Origin: Candidatus Komeilibacteria bacterium
GTDB taxonomy: Bacteria > Patescibacteriota > Patescibacteriia > UBA1558 > 2-01-FULL-52-15
Direction of reading: 5' to 3'
DNA length: 64,000 bases
Assembly (NCBI GenBank): GCA_043801745.1
Contig: JAZDLR010000022.1
Location: forward strand, 1,960 to 65,959
In this document: positions 47,031 through 58,159 of the stretch, one piece after another
How positions within the stretch are numbered: the stretch's first letter is position 1
Layout: the number at the start of each line of letters is the position of its first letter
Program-made: the position numbers and the translations under genes
The notes under the pieces: generated by a model
What the model saw: only the letters and a program-made list of their open reading frames with translations
Databases searched by the model: none
What the model was told of the DNA's origin: nothing

Positions 47031-47748
47031 TTCGTTTCTTCTTTACGACAATATTAACCCACAATCCGGCTAACTGCCATAAGGACCGAGCTACCCGCGG
47101 AAAATTGAAAAACTGTGATTGACCATAAATCCTATGATAATGAGAAACACCAACCTCGGCAAAACGAAATCCGGCGTCTTGAATTCTTTTTACCAACTCC
47201 ACACAGACTGTGCCCGTATGACTTTCTAACTTAACTACGTCGAATATCTTGCGGCGCATCAAACGGAAATCACAATCAACATCTCGAATTTTCAGTCCAA
47301 ACATTAGACTGACAAAAAAATGATAAATCTTACCGATTATCAAACGGTACCAGGGATCGTTACGCTTAATTTTAAAGCCGTTAACAATATCAATATCGTC
47401 CGTCAAAGCTGCGTATAGCAAAGGTAATTCCTTAACATCATACTGACCGTCGCCGTCAGTATAAAAAACTAAATCCTTAGTGGCGGCAGCAATACCGCTT
47501 TGGATAGCCGCGCCATAACCGCGATTATGATCGTGGAAAACCAAACGTAACATTTGATATTGGCTTTGTAATTCCCGTAAAAAATCCCTACTGCCGTCGG
47601 TAGAACCGTCGTCAATTACGATAATCTCATACTCATCAGTAAGTTTATCAAGTACCCCTTTGGCATCAATCACCAAACTTCCAATAGTTCCCTTATCGTT
47701 ATAACAAGGGAAAAATACGGAAATTGAAGGTCGAACAGACAACTGCAT
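47020..47748 (-). CDS. Polyprenol-phosphate glycosyltransferase, GT2 DPM1-like
   Basis: FPCYND, DDGSTD, NRGYGAA, YTDGDGQ and DVDCDFR. Confidence 0.9.
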   Translation of the reverse strand: MQLSVRPSISVFFPCYNDKGTIGSLVIDAKGVLDKLTDEYEIIVIDDGSTDGSRDFLRELQSQYQMLRLVFHDHNRGYGAAIQSGIAAATKDLVFYTDGDGQYDVKELPLLYAALTDDIDIVNGFKIKRNDPWYRLIIGKIYHFFVSLMFGLKIRDVDCDFRLMRRKIFDVVKLESHTGTVCVELVKRIQDAGFRFAEVGVSHYHRIYGQSQFFNFPRVARSLWQLAGLWVNIVVKKKRSGQ

Positions 47749-47749
47749 A

Positions 47750-48445
47750 TTAGTATTCAATGTCATTCTTGGCCGAAATTAAACTTACTTCTGAAATTCC
47801 AGTTACCCGACTCAATTCTGCTAAGAAGGCGTCACTTTGATTTTCTGACAGGAAGCGGACATTAAAGCTTAATTCTAATATCCGGCCGTGATCAACCGTA
47901 TTAATATTCAATAAATCCTTGACTTTGAGATACTTGTTAAAAATATCCCGATAAACATCCTGTGAAGTCTGGGAAGAATCCAAATGAAAAGTCACTATAT
48001 AGTCGTACTTCTTAATTGAGCCCAAATTGAATCTGTGCATCAAATATATAACTAAAATAACCAGAACTGTGGAAACTCCGGCAATAGCATAACTTCTGGT
48101 ACCAACGGCCATACCTAAGGCTAGAGCTAAAAACAAATAAATCATATCCCGAGCATCTTTGATGGCAGTGCGGAAACGGATGATAGAAAAAGCACCAAAA
48201 GCACCAAAAGCCCGAGTCAAACTGTCACCAATTACCATCATAATCATCGCAATGATGACTGTGCTCAAAACTAAAGCAGTGACAAAAGATTGTGAATAAG
48301 ACAACCCTTTATGAGTCTTGCGGTAGACCCAAGCTATTAAAAGCCCTAAGGCTGAAGCAATAACTATATTCAAAATAATCCCTGGGATTTCTAAACTCTG
48401 GGCGTATAAGGCTGTAGGTATAATCGGTGATGTTGACTGTGCCAT
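47750..48445 (-). CDS. DUF4956 membrane protein
   Basis: YSQSF, GAFSIIRFRTAIKD.RD and GMAVG; C-terminal soluble domain; adjacent to a VTC gene. Confidence 0.88.
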   Translation of the reverse strand: MAQSTSPIIPTALYAQSLEIPGIILNIVIASALGLLIAWVYRKTHKGLSYSQSFVTALVLSTVIIAMIMMVIGDSLTRAFGAFGAFSIIRFRTAIKDARDMIYLFLALALGMAVGTRSYAIAGVSTVLVILVIYLMHRFNLGSIKKYDYIVTFHLDSSQTSQDVYRDIFNKYLKVKDLLNINTVDHGRILELSFNVRFLSENQSDAFLAELSRVTGISEVSLISAKNDIEY

Positions 48446-48466
48446 AGATATTATTAGAGCTAATGA

Positions 48467-49234
48467 TTAAGGTCTTGATGAATAAGTTTCTAAGCGGTTG
48501 ACAGCCTGCGTCCGTTCAACCGAGTAACAATACTTGGAATAAGGCAAAGCCGTTAATTTATATTTCTGAATAATCGCGTAAAACCAAGCAGGTACTATAT
48601 TATTGTATTTGACTTCCAAAATTATCAGACCCGGATACAAAGGTTTCATTGCTGTTCTGGTGCTATCTAAATCTCTGGCACTGGCGGCACAAATATCGCT
48701 ATCAAAAGTCACGCGGAAATCTTTTAAAACTTTCCCCTGCAAAGCTTTACGCCGGTAAGAAACGATGAGTTCGGGTTGCATAGAATTATACTCTTTTAAC
48801 CAAACAAATTCCTCCAAAACAGCCCGCTGCTCCGGTTTTAACCGCTGCTGCAGTGCTTGATAACCTCGGCGTTTAAGTAGGCCCCGGGCCTCATCAGCCG
48901 TCAGCCGCAACCGGTCTTTTAAAATCACCATACCCAGACGCCGCTTAATTTCTAAATAAATCGGGGTGGTATCACTTATTGTCGGTTCGTAAAAGCGCAG
49001 ACGCAGCTTCTTACGGTAATTCAGACCAGCCAGCTTTTCAAAGTAACAAGCTTTACCGATATTGTCCAAATATAGACTGCTAATCAAATAGTCCTTGGTG
49101 GGACAGAGCTCAGAAAATGGATCCCAAACCATATAATCTCTCAACTCCGGCATTATCTTCTCGGCCGTACCACGCGGCAGCTGATATTTAAACTCATAGC
49201 GGCGGAAGTGGTTCGGCGGAATAATTGAATCCAT
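48467..49234 (-). CDS. VTC-domain (polyphosphate polymerase/CYTH-like) protein
   Basis: RYEFKY, SLYLD, KLRLRFY, LEIK, YRR, RVTFD, ILEVKY and SKY; start refined to ATG 49234. Confidence 0.9.
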   Translation of the reverse strand: MDSIIPPNHFRRYEFKYQLPRGTAEKIMPELRDYMVWDPFSELCPTKDYLISSLYLDNIGKACYFEKLAGLNYRKKLRLRFYEPTISDTTPIYLEIKRRLGMVILKDRLRLTADEARGLLKRRGYQALQQRLKPEQRAVLEEFVWLKEYNSMQPELIVSYRRKALQGKVLKDFRVTFDSDICAASARDLDSTRTAMKPLYPGLIILEVKYNNIVPAWFYAIIQKYKLTALPYSKYCYSVERTQAVNRLETYSSRP

Positions 49235-49375
49235 AGTAAGTAGAGTATATAATCTTGATTCAGAGTTCAATTTAAGCAATAAAAGACCTTTTTGTCAATT
49301 CTAATGACCGGCCAACTCCTGGCTACTATTTTACCTTTAGCTTGAGGTCCGGTTACAAGCCACAGCTATTAAAAA

Positions 49376-50119
49376 CTACTTGGTATTCTTTCGGGACAAG
49401 AAAATAATAGATAATCCACAGGGAAACGAGATCCGGCTTATTAACTTAGATTCTAACCAGAGCCAAAAATACAACAAGCTATTAAGGCTGGGACGAATAA
49501 TAAAATACGATTGTTCCGAATTGAGATTTTTTCTCAGACGTTCGCTCAGCCGTACTAGCAAAGCTAGGGGAAATAAAAAGAAATTAATATAACTGGATCG
49601 GATAACGGTGAAACCAGCTTGCTGCAATTTATCTATCAACTCAGGTTTAGTAAAACGACGCTTAGTCCAAACTAAACGATCGTGTTCACTTCGCAACCAG
49701 TTGTAGGCGGCTTCGCGCAACAATAAGTGACCGCCGGGTACGAGTACACGTTGCAGCTCGCGCAGAGCCCGGTTGTCATCCTCAATACCCTGATGATATA
49801 GAACATCCGAACATAACACCAAGTCAAAACTATTATCAGGAAAGGGCAGATGATTAATATCGGCTACCATAACATCAGCTATACCCCGCTTAGCCGCCAG
49901 CTCAATTGCCTGGGTCGAAAGATCGACGCCGGTTATTTGTCCGAAAGGTAAAAGTAAGGAAAACATGCCGCCGGTAGCACAACCGGCATCCAAAATTTTT
50001 AGACCACTCTGAACCGGTAAATATTGTCTTAAAACTTTGGTGGTAATTTTCCGCATGCCTTTGTGCCACCAAAACCCATCTTCACGTTCCGACATGCCAC
50101 GATAGACTTCAGACTCCAT
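49376..50119 (-). CDS. Class I SAM-dependent methyltransferase
   Basis: [20 protein letters not shown] and DVLYH. Confidence 0.9.
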   Translation of the reverse strand: MESEVYRGMSEREDGFWWHKGMRKITTKVLRQYLPVQSGLKILDAGCATGGMFSLLLPFGQITGVDLSTQAIELAAKRGIADVMVADINHLPFPDNSFDLVLCSDVLYHQGIEDDNRALRELQRVLVPGGHLLLREAAYNWLRSEHDRLVWTKRRFTKPELIDKLQQAGFTVIRSSYINFFLFPLALLVRLSERLRKNLNSEQSYFIIRPSLNSLLYFWLWLESKLISRISFPCGLSIIFLSRKNTK

Positions 50120-51224
50120 GCTTAAAAGAATTACAGACAGTAATTATTTTCGCTATCTCTTCTTCCGTCAGGCTAGGATAGAGCGGTAAACTAATGACAG
50201 TCCGGTGAATCTGTTCACTAATAGGATAACTCAACTGTGACCATTCACGGAAAGCCGGCTGCTTGTGCGGCGGAACCGGATAATGAATCAAAGTTTCAAT
50301 ACCGTTGGCTAATAAATGTTGGCCGAAAGCTTCTCTCTGCTCTGTGCGTACAACAAATAAATGCCAGACATGCGACTCTTCGCTAGCAGACGCAGGCAGA
50401 ATCAATCCGGGATTATTTATTCCCGCTAAATATTTATGGGCAATTTCCCGCCGTCTAGCATTCTCTTGATCTAAATATTTTAGCTTAACCGATAAAACCG
50501 CGGCTTGCAATTCATCCAGACGGCTATTAACTCCCTTGTAGTTATTATGATATTTTTTGTGACTGCCGTAATTCGCTAAAGCGCGAACAACCTCGGCTAA
50601 GTGGTCATCATTAGTTGTTACTGCGCCCGCATCTCCTAAGGCACCTAAATTTTTTGACGGGTAAAAACTAAAGCCACTAGCATCTCCGAGGTTACCGGTC
50701 TTCTTTCCCTGATATACGGCGCCGTGAGCCTGGGCTGAATCTTCAATAATTTTTAAGCCATGCCTATCGGCTATCTCTTTCATTTTAGCGGAATAACCAA
50801 CCTGACCATAAAGATGAACTACCATTATAGCCTTGGTTTTGGGGGTAATACTGGCTTCTAATAACTGAGGATCAATATTAAAAGTATTTATGTCCGGTTC
50901 AACCAAGACCGGCCGTAAAGCATTTTCTGTAATGGCTAGAATACTGGCAATATAAGTATTGGACGGAACAATAATCTCGTCACCTTCGTGAAAAATTCCT
51001 AATTCCTTATAAGCGCGCATGATTAAAGTGAGCGCATCCAAACCATTACCCGTACCAATGGTGTGCTTAACACCACAATATTTTGCGAATTCAGTTTCCA
51101 AAGTCCTTAATTTATTACCCAGAATAAACCAGCCCGAAGCAAAAACCTCGGTCATAGCATCGAGTAACTCCTGACGGTGCAAATCATTCAGCTTCTTTAA
51201 ATCTAAAAACGGAATCATTATCAA
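50109..51224 (-). CDS. DegT/DnrJ/EryC1/StrS sugar aminotransferase (FdtB-like)
   Basis: [36 protein letters not shown] (PLP Lys) and NSRLDE. Confidence 0.93.
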   Translation of the reverse strand: MIMIPFLDLKKLNDLHRQELLDAMTEVFASGWFILGNKLRTLETEFAKYCGVKHTIGTGNGLDALTLIMRAYKELGIFHEGDEIIVPSNTYIASILAITENALRPVLVEPDINTFNIDPQLLEASITPKTKAIMVVHLYGQVGYSAKMKEIADRHGLKIIEDSAQAHGAVYQGKKTGNLGDASGFSFYPSKNLGALGDAGAVTTNDDHLAEVVRALANYGSHKKYHNNYKGVNSRLDELQAAVLSVKLKYLDQENARRREIAHKYLAGINNPGLILPASASEESHVWHLFVVRTEQREAFGQHLLANGIETLIHYPVPPHKQPAFREWSQLSYPISEQIHRTVISLPLYPSLTEEEIAKIITVCNSFKHGV

Positions 51225-51257
51225 GTTATCAATAAGAAATGAGGTAACGCCAATAAA

Positions 51258-52514
51258 TTAGTCCACCACCTTGAATTCCGGTAGGGGCAAAACGAATTTT
51301 GATTTAACGCCCTTTTTACGCCAGCTGTCCATAATGAAGTCACCATAATGCCAAGCCAAGATCAAAATGTAATCTGGCTGTTCTTCAAGGATTATTTTAT
51401 TATCAACAATAGGAATATGAGTGCCAGGTAAATATTTTCCTACCTTTTCTGAACCCGGCAGCTGAGCAATGTAGGGCAAAAGATTCTTATCTAAACCGTA
51501 ATAATTAACTAACACAGCGCCACGGCCCGGGCAAGAATCAGCCACAAACCGTAATCCTTTCTTTTGAGCGTCGTGTACTAATTCCATCAGCCGGCTGCGG
51601 TTGTCAGCCACCCTGGCACGCCATTTGGCCCAAGTCTCGGGTTTAAATAACCCGGCCCTTTCTTCCTCAGCCAATAATTCCCCTACCCGTGAACTAGTCG
51701 GCTGAACCCCTTGACGCGCCACGTAAACGCGAATATTACCGCCGTAGCGGGAAGCCCGCTGGACATCGAATACTTCCATACCATAGTAAGGGAACAAGGT
51801 AACCAGAGCTTTCAGGCTGTAAGTGCGGATATGTTCATGGTATATTCCTTCGAACTGATTTCTTTCCAAAACATCCAACAAGTACTGACTCTCGGTAATA
51901 AAGATCCCGTCTTTATCCAATAACTGATTCAATCCGCGCATTACTTCGCCCAGAGGAGCCATATGCGCAAAAACATTAGTCATGGTAATTATTTTGGCCT
52001 GACCATAATCTTTGACAATATCGAGAGCTAATTTTTCCGTAAAAAATTCCTGGATAGTTTCTATATTATTTTCCGCTACGGCAATTTTAGCGATATTAGT
52101 CGGCTCAACACCCAAAGTGCGCATACCATTCCGTTTAAATCCGGTCAATAAAGTGCCATCATTAGAGCCAATATCGACACACAGCGACTGTGGGGGGATG
52201 GTAAATCTCTGAATAATATCGTCGGCAAAAGCGCGTTGATAAACTCTTAATGGCTCAGATATACCGCTGCGGTAAGGATAGTCAGCCGGATAAATAATAG
52301 AACCGTCAACGACAAAATCCAGCTGGGCCAGACCGGAGTCAGGACAGATCATCAAGCGCAAGGGGTAGGTTATTTCCGGCTGATTCAACATCTCCGGACT
52401 AAGCAAAGCATCGCAAGGTGGTTGGTGACCGAGATCAATAGCCTCAAATAAATTTGTGGAGCCGGTAATTTGACAATAATCTAATCTGCCTGGGGCCACA
52501 TCATGTTCAATCAT
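51258..52514 (-). CDS. NDP-sugar C-methyltransferase (TcaB9/NovU-like)
   Basis: DLG.QP, YPL, DIGSNDG, GVEP, NVFAH, IYHEH, PGTHIPI and LAW. Confidence 0.88.
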   Translation of the reverse strand: MIEHDVAPGRLDYCQITGSTNLFEAIDLGHQPPCDALLSPEMLNQPEITYPLRLMICPDSGLAQLDFVVDGSIIYPADYPYRSGISEPLRVYQRAFADDIIQRFTIPPQSLCVDIGSNDGTLLTGFKRNGMRTLGVEPTNIAKIAVAENNIETIQEFFTEKLALDIVKDYGQAKIITMTNVFAHMAPLGEVMRGLNQLLDKDGIFITESQYLLDVLERNQFEGIYHEHIRTYSLKALVTLFPYYGMEVFDVQRASRYGGNIRVYVARQGVQPTSSRVGELLAEEERAGLFKPETWAKWRARVADNRSRLMELVHDAQKKGLRFVADSCPGRGAVLVNYYGLDKNLLPYIAQLPGSEKVGKYLPGTHIPIVDNKIILEEQPDYILILAWHYGDFIMDSWRKKGVKSKFVLPLPEFKVVD

Positions 52515-52602
52515 AAATCAATAGCAATTAGCTGTTTAAATAAAACACTGAAATTATAGTATATTGCGCCAAATTGTCAATGTTTAAGCGCCGAATTGAC
52601 GA

Positions 52603-53724
52603 TTAAACATTTAGAAAATTCCGAATAATGCTTTCCGCCCTATTACTCCACGAATATCCTGACGCTGCCCTCCGGTACTGGTGACTAATATCTCTGGTAG
52701 CTAAACCGACAGCAGCCACAAAAGAAGAGGCCTGATCAGGCTGAAAATAAAATACGCCCGCCTGTTCAGCCATAATAGAACGCAGAGATTCTACGTCGGC
52801 TGCCACCAGCGGCTTAGCCGTACTTAAATATTCGTACAATTTTAGCGGCGAGGTGTAGCGCCCGGAAGAACGGTAACGGCCGCTATTAGGAATAATTAAA
52901 ATGTCAGCCGCCTGCAAAACATCAGGAATTTGCTGGTGCGGCAGCCAGCCTAGCCACTGCACTTTAGCTAATTGATCCTGATAAAGTTGATCTGTCCACT
53001 GTTTAATTTCGGCCGTACTACCCCCGGCAATAACCAGCAAAAAATCCGCAGGTAATAATGACAATGATTCCATCATGACCGCCAATCCCTTTTCGCGGCT
53101 CAGACTGCCGGTATAAACCAGAAGTTTTTTTTCAGCCGGCAGCCGAAAAAGGCGGCGGCACTCCTCTGATGTTTTCTGAGAAGGAAACAATTCCAAATCA
53201 ACACCGTCCGGCGCCAGCAGCACCCGCTTTTCAGCTATACCCAATTGTTTCAGCTCGCTAACCAAAGCCTGACTGATGGCGACGAAAAATATGGGACGTC
53301 GAAAAAAAAGTTTATGCCACCATTTTAACTTACGGGGAAATTGATGAATTTCAAAAATTACCCTTCGGCCGGTGAAACTCAGGATATAGGCCGAAAAGGG
53401 ATCGCGTGAATATATTGCCGTATCCGCCGGGCAACGAACCAAAGAAAACCAGACGCCTATCATAAAAGTTAATGACTGCAGCCAAAATCCCAGAACCGGA
53501 ATCATACCCACCAGATCAACACAAGGAATATTGCGGATAGAAAAAAGCGGCTTCAGGTTATAAAACGAACCAATGGCTTCCGGCTGACTAAAGCGTCTCC
53601 GGGGCAAAACCAAAGTCACGGCCATCCCTTGCTGCGCTAAGGCCTGACACATAGCCACAGTTTGAATGCCATGCGCGCGGCTGGAAGGCAAACGATAATT
53701 AGCAATATACCAAAGTTTTAACAT
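52603..53724 (-). CDS. Glycosyltransferase family 4
   Basis: RLPS.RAHGIQ, YTGS and SPLKLYEY. Confidence 0.88.
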   Translation of the reverse strand: MLKLWYIANYRLPSSRAHGIQTVAMCQALAQQGMAVTLVLPRRRFSQPEAIGSFYNLKPLFSIRNIPCVDLVGMIPVLGFWLQSLTFMIGVWFSLVRCPADTAIYSRDPFSAYILSFTGRRVIFEIHQFPRKLKWWHKLFFRRPIFFVAISQALVSELKQLGIAEKRVLLAPDGVDLELFPSQKTSEECRRLFRLPAEKKLLVYTGSLSREKGLAVMMESLSLLPADFLLVIAGGSTAEIKQWTDQLYQDQLAKVQWLGWLPHQQIPDVLQAADILIIPNSGRYRSSGRYTSPLKLYEYLSTAKPLVAADVESLRSIMAEQAGVFYFQPDQASSFVAAVGLATRDISHQYRRAASGYSWSNRAESIIRNFLNV

Positions 53725-53738
53725 TTTACATCGCGTCC

Positions 53739-54383
53739 TTATTGCAACTTCAACTGTACCCGCGCAAACTGAATTTTTAATACACCCCAGTCCTTCCTAA
53801 AGCAATCTTGAATCGGCAATACTTCAACCATAAATTTATTCCTATCAATGGCATCAACCACCAGCTTAGCGCCTTCTGTCATATCGCCCTTGCAACCCTC
53901 AGCCCAATAATCATCAAAAATCACTACCGTTTTCTCGTTCATGGCTTGCTGCGCATATAACCAATCATTAGCTACCGTCTCGTGAGAATGTCCGCCGTCA
54001 ATAAAAATAAGATCCATCTTCGGTAGAGAGGCGACAGTCTGAGGCAAAGTCTTTTGCGTAAACCCCTGATAAAGCTCGATCTTGGCTCCGGTTAACGCCA
54101 ACTTGGCTTGCACTTCAGCCTTGGACGGCGGCATCTTGGATATTTCCTTATCAAAGACTTCGGGATTCATCTCTTCAAACAGGTCATAGCCGTAATACTC
54201 CACCGCCGGGCTAAATTTCTGAGCTAACCTAATCATAGCCAGGGCTCGCTGGCCATTCCAAGTGCCAATTTCCATAAGACGTGTAGCGTGATTTCTCTTA
54301 ATTGTTTGAAAAAGATACTGATAACGCTGCGCCCCCAAAGAACGGCCTAAAAGTTTCTTAATAATGTTCTTAATTGTTCCCAT
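53739..54383 (-). CDS. Class I SAM-dependent methyltransferase (Methyltransf_24-like)
   Basis: MEIGTWNG, YGYDLF, FIDGGHS and IFDDY; start refined to ATG 54383. Confidence 0.85.
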   Translation of the reverse strand: MGTIKNIIKKLLGRSLGAQRYQYLFQTIKRNHATRLMEIGTWNGQRALAMIRLAQKFSPAVEYYGYDLFEEMNPEVFDKEISKMPPSKAEVQAKLALTGAKIELYQGFTQKTLPQTVASLPKMDLIFIDGGHSHETVANDWLYAQQAMNEKTVVIFDDYWAEGCKGDMTEGAKLVVDAIDRNKFMVEVLPIQDCFRKDWGVLKIQFARVQLKLQ

Positions 54384-54399
54384 TGATCTGTAATATCGC

Positions 54400-55389
54400 T
54401 TAATAACTTTTCTTAGATTCCTGCAGCCTGGCCAGATCAGCATCAACCATCATTTTGACCAACTGCTCAAAATGAACTTTTGGTTCCCAATGCAATTCTT
54501 TCCTGGCCTTAGAAGCATCGCCGCGTAAATGATAGACTTCGGCCGGCCGCAAAAATTGTTTATCCAGCTTAACATATTTCTTCCAATCCAAGTCCAAATA
54601 ACCAAAGGCGACTTCCACAAACTCCTGAACCGTATGCGGTTCACCGGTAGCAATGACGTAATCTTGGGGCACTTCTTGCTGCATCATCAGCCACATAGCC
54701 TCCACATAATCGCCCGCAAACCCCCAATCCCGCTTGGCTTCAAGATTACCCAGGAGTAATTCCTGACCCAATCCCAATTTAATTCGCGCAGCAGCGTCAG
54801 TAATTTTGCGGGTAACGAATTCCAGTCCCCGACGCGGAGATTCATGGTTAAACAGAATACCCGAAACAGTAAACATATTGTACGACTCCCGGTAGTTAAT
54901 AGTAATCCAATGAGCATACAGCTTAGCCACACCATAGGGACTGCGCGGATAAAAAGGAGTTGTTTCTTTCTGTGGCACCTCTTGTACCTTTCCGAACATC
55001 TCAGAAGAAGAAGCCTGATAAAATTTTACTTTAGGGTTCACTTGGCGCACGGCTTCTAATAGATTAGTAACTCCTAACCCCGTTACGTAGCCAGTATAAA
55101 CCGGCTGTTTCCAGGACTCGGCCACAAACGACTGCGCCGCTAAATTATATATTTCTTCCGCTTCAGAATAGCGTACGGCATTAACCAGGGAGCCAAAATC
55201 TGACAAATCACCGGATATCAATTCTATCTGATCAAGAATAGGTTTAATATTTCCGTAGCTCTTTTGACTGCTTCTCCGCTCCAAACCATACACCTTATAA
55301 CCTTTGGTCAATAAGAGCTCCGCTAAATACGAACCGTCCTGACCAGTAATGCCGGTAATTAAAGCTTTTTTTTGCTTAGTAGTATTCAT
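54400..55389 (-). CDS. gmd: GDP-mannose 4,6-dehydratase
   Basis: [35 protein letters not shown] and NHESPRRG. Confidence 0.97.
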   Translation of the reverse strand: MNTTKQKKALITGITGQDGSYLAELLLTKGYKVYGLERRSSQKSYGNIKPILDQIELISGDLSDFGSLVNAVRYSEAEEIYNLAAQSFVAESWKQPVYTGYVTGLGVTNLLEAVRQVNPKVKFYQASSSEMFGKVQEVPQKETTPFYPRSPYGVAKLYAHWITINYRESYNMFTVSGILFNHESPRRGLEFVTRKITDAAARIKLGLGQELLLGNLEAKRDWGFAGDYVEAMWLMMQQEVPQDYVIATGEPHTVQEFVEVAFGYLDLDWKKYVKLDKQFLRPAEVYHLRGDASKARKELHWEPKVHFEQLVKMMVDADLARLQESKKSY

Positions 55390-55410
55390 ACAAATAAATA
55401 TAAAGGCAAA

Positions 55411-55965
55411 TTATTTTTTTCCCTGATAATATACAGCGCTATGAATCGGGCTACCTTGCGAAAGAAAATAACCGCTTTCCACTTCAGCAAAATCCTTCAT
55501 CCACTCCCGCAAACCCAGCTGGGTTACCCGCCAATAATCCTGGGGTGAGGGATGAAAGGGTTGACAAAAGGGGACTTCAATCCAAATCTCGCCACCCGGC
55601 TTCAACACACGCCGTAGCTCGGCAATGGCACGCCCGGGGTCGGGAACATGTTCTAACACCGCCGCACAAACCACCACATCAAAGACCTCATCCGGAAACT
55701 CCAGGTTCATTATATCATAGTGAAAATCAATATAATCAGACTTATCATATAAATCAACACTAACCCAAGCAGGCGAAAATTTCTGTTTGCGTACACCAAT
55801 TTGTAAACCTTTTCGCTCCTTAAAACGTTCAACCAATTTATAGAATGAGGCGTCTCTAGCTGAACGGTCATCCTTGATTAATCTAGAAAAAGTCTGACGG
55901 TATAAATGAAAGTACCATCCACTGGGAAAATATTTAATAATAATTTGTTTAATTGTCTTCAGCAT
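55411..55965 (-). CDS. SAM-dependent methyltransferase (type 11-like)
   Basis: FDVVVC.AVLEHV, LKPGG, VPF and DYWR. Confidence 0.85.
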   Translation of the reverse strand: MLKTIKQIIIKYFPSGWYFHLYRQTFSRLIKDDRSARDASFYKLVERFKERKGLQIGVRKQKFSPAWVSVDLYDKSDYIDFHYDIMNLEFPDEVFDVVVCAAVLEHVPDPGRAIAELRRVLKPGGEIWIEVPFCQPFHPSPQDYWRVTQLGLREWMKDFAEVESGYFLSQGSPIHSAVYYQGKK

Positions 55966-55985
55966 CTTATTTAATAATACAATAA

Positions 55986-57107
55986 TTATATCCGCTCCTC
56001 ATAAGCGCCGCTTAATTCGTGATATATTTTTTCATAGCCCTGACGCATCATACTCCAATCCAGCTGCTGACTAAAGGTCCGCGAGTTCAGGCTTAAGGTT
56101 TGCTTGAGTTCGGAATTAGTCAAAATTTTCCGCACCGCGGCTTTAGCTGACTCCGGATCAGCTGGTGACACCAAATAGCCGTTAAAATCCTGCTGCAGAG
56201 CATCCTCGGCTCCGCTGTCTGTCGCTCCAATAACTGGTAAACCAAAACAGGCCGCTTCCACATAAACTAAACCAAAACCCTCAATATCGAAATTGTCATT
56301 TTGCGGCAGTAGCAGAAATAACTCGGCCGCCGAATACAGCTTAGCCAATTCTTGATCACTAATATTGTTTAAAATGATAACGGCATCTTCTAAATTGTAA
56401 TCCCTAATATAGGCCTGCATTTTTTGCCAATACTCTCCGCCGCCGCTACCGACAATAACATATTTTAATAAAGGAAACTCCTCCCTCAGCCGAACAAAAA
56501 CTTGCAAACTCTGCAAATACCCCTTGCGTGGCTTGAGCCGGCCAACGGATAATATAAAAGGCGATAACTTGGCATATTCATTGGGCTGACCGGAGATAGA
56601 CGCGGCTAAAGAAAGAAAATGGATCCGGTCAATACCCGGCCTGATGATTTCTACCTGCAAACCCGGAACTTTTTTAACAATCTCTCGGGCAGTAAAAGAA
56701 CTAATAGCAATAACTCTCTCCGCCCGTCGATATACCCCAGATAAAAGCCAACGGGACCAGTAAGATTGCAGCGGCTTAACTGAACCACTACCCACAACGG
56801 TGATAATAATCGGCTTATGCAATCCCCAGGCTAATATAGCGGCCAATAAACCGTAAGGTAAACCGTCAAAAACGTGGATCAAATCGCAGCGACGAATAAG
56901 CGAGCGTAATTGAAAAAACTTACCGAGGATAACCAATTTATTGGTTCCGATGACCAGACAATTCTCGTCGGCGCCAACAGCAGATTTAACCAAAATAGTC
57001 TGCTGCAAATCCGGCACCGCCAATTTTAATTGGCTAATCAGTTCACGACTAAAGCGACCGCCGCCATTTTTATAATCAAGATTATCAGTCAAATAAACTA
57101 CTTTCAT
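55986..57107 (-). CDS. Glycosyltransferase family 4
   Basis: SVGRLKPRKG and EGFGLVYVEA. Confidence 0.92.
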   Translation of the reverse strand: MKVVYLTDNLDYKNGGGRFSRELISQLKLAVPDLQQTILVKSAVGADENCLVIGTNKLVILGKFFQLRSLIRRCDLIHVFDGLPYGLLAAILAWGLHKPIIITVVGSGSVKPLQSYWSRWLLSGVYRRAERVIAISSFTAREIVKKVPGLQVEIIRPGIDRIHFLSLAASISGQPNEYAKLSPFILSVGRLKPRKGYLQSLQVFVRLREEFPLLKYVIVGSGGGEYWQKMQAYIRDYNLEDAVIILNNISDQELAKLYSAAELFLLLPQNDNFDIEGFGLVYVEAACFGLPVIGATDSGAEDALQQDFNGYLVSPADPESAKAAVRKILTNSELKQTLSLNSRTFSQQLDWSMMRQGYEKIYHELSGAYEERI

Positions 57108-58159
57108 AATTGTTTATATTGCTGTACAACTTTAGTTATTAACGCATCAATATTATGCTCATTAACAATCAATTCTCTTAACTTGCTCTGAAGTAATAAG
57201 CGATCCTCTGCCGACAACTGCAGGATTATTTCGGCCTTATTCAGCAGATCCGCATAGCTCTCAGCAAATAAATTTTCGTTAATATTATGGAAAAAATTTC
57301 GATAGGCGGTGTTGGTGGTTATAACGATTGTGCCACAGGCCATGGCTTCCAACACGACTTTATCTAAGCTGCCTGTCCGACTACAATTAACGAATAAGTC
57401 AGCGCCAGAATAAACCGCCGGTAATTCAATATTAGGCACCGCGGCAATAAATTCGACAAAATCAGCTAAACCCTCCTGCTTAATCTTCTGCTCTAACCCA
57501 CGTAAATACTGATCGTCTCCCGGCCGTGAAGTCTGCCCAACTAAGCGTAAGCGGACCTGCGGATATCCCAACTGGTGCAAATCTTTCACGAGATCGATTA
57601 ACCACTCTAGATTTTTACTCGGCGTTGTCCGCCCAACAGTTACTAGCGTAAATAATTGACCGGGCGTTTTTGGTTTAAAGCTGAATAATTCAGTATCAAT
57701 ACCCTGATGTAATACCAGCATTTTTTTCGAGGCCAAACGGAATCCTTCAGCTGATGAAGTAGCCACGACATTGACCAGACGTTCCATTAAACGCACTTTC
57801 CAGCTGACGGCGCCATGCGCATACCAGCTGATTAATTTTTTTTGAAATAGTCTAGCCCAGGGTGCGATCAAAATGGCGTATTCCGGATTCTGATGCGTCC
57901 AGACGCCATCAATGTGCGGCACAATCTTACCGGCTAATAACTGAAACCGCCAAAATTCCCGCCAGCGATTTTTGCCACACTCCTTACCCAGAGAATAAAC
58001 CTGACAGTTGGCCGGTAAATCGGAAATATCTCCCCTTTCTAAACAAATGACATCTAACTGATCAACTAACCGAGCAATCTTTTTCACCCATTGATAACTA
58101 AAGCCCGCTAAAGCGTCCTGTCGGTCAATTTTTCTGGTAATATACAGCAATTTCATCAC
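57104..58159 (-). CDS. Glycosyltransferase family 4
   Basis: VGR..P.K and GSLDKVVLEAMACG. Confidence 0.88.
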   Translation of the reverse strand: MMKLLYITRKIDRQDALAGFSYQWVKKIARLVDQLDVICLERGDISDLPANCQVYSLGKECGKNRWREFWRFQLLAGKIVPHIDGVWTHQNPEYAILIAPWARLFQKKLISWYAHGAVSWKVRLMERLVNVVATSSAEGFRLASKKMLVLHQGIDTELFSFKPKTPGQLFTLVTVGRTTPSKNLEWLIDLVKDLHQLGYPQVRLRLVGQTSRPGDDQYLRGLEQKIKQEGLADFVEFIAAVPNIELPAVYSGADLFVNCSRTGSLDKVVLEAMACGTIVITTNTAYRNFFHNINENLFAESYADLLNKAEIILQLSAEDRLLLQSKLRELIVNEHNIDALITKVVQQYKQL

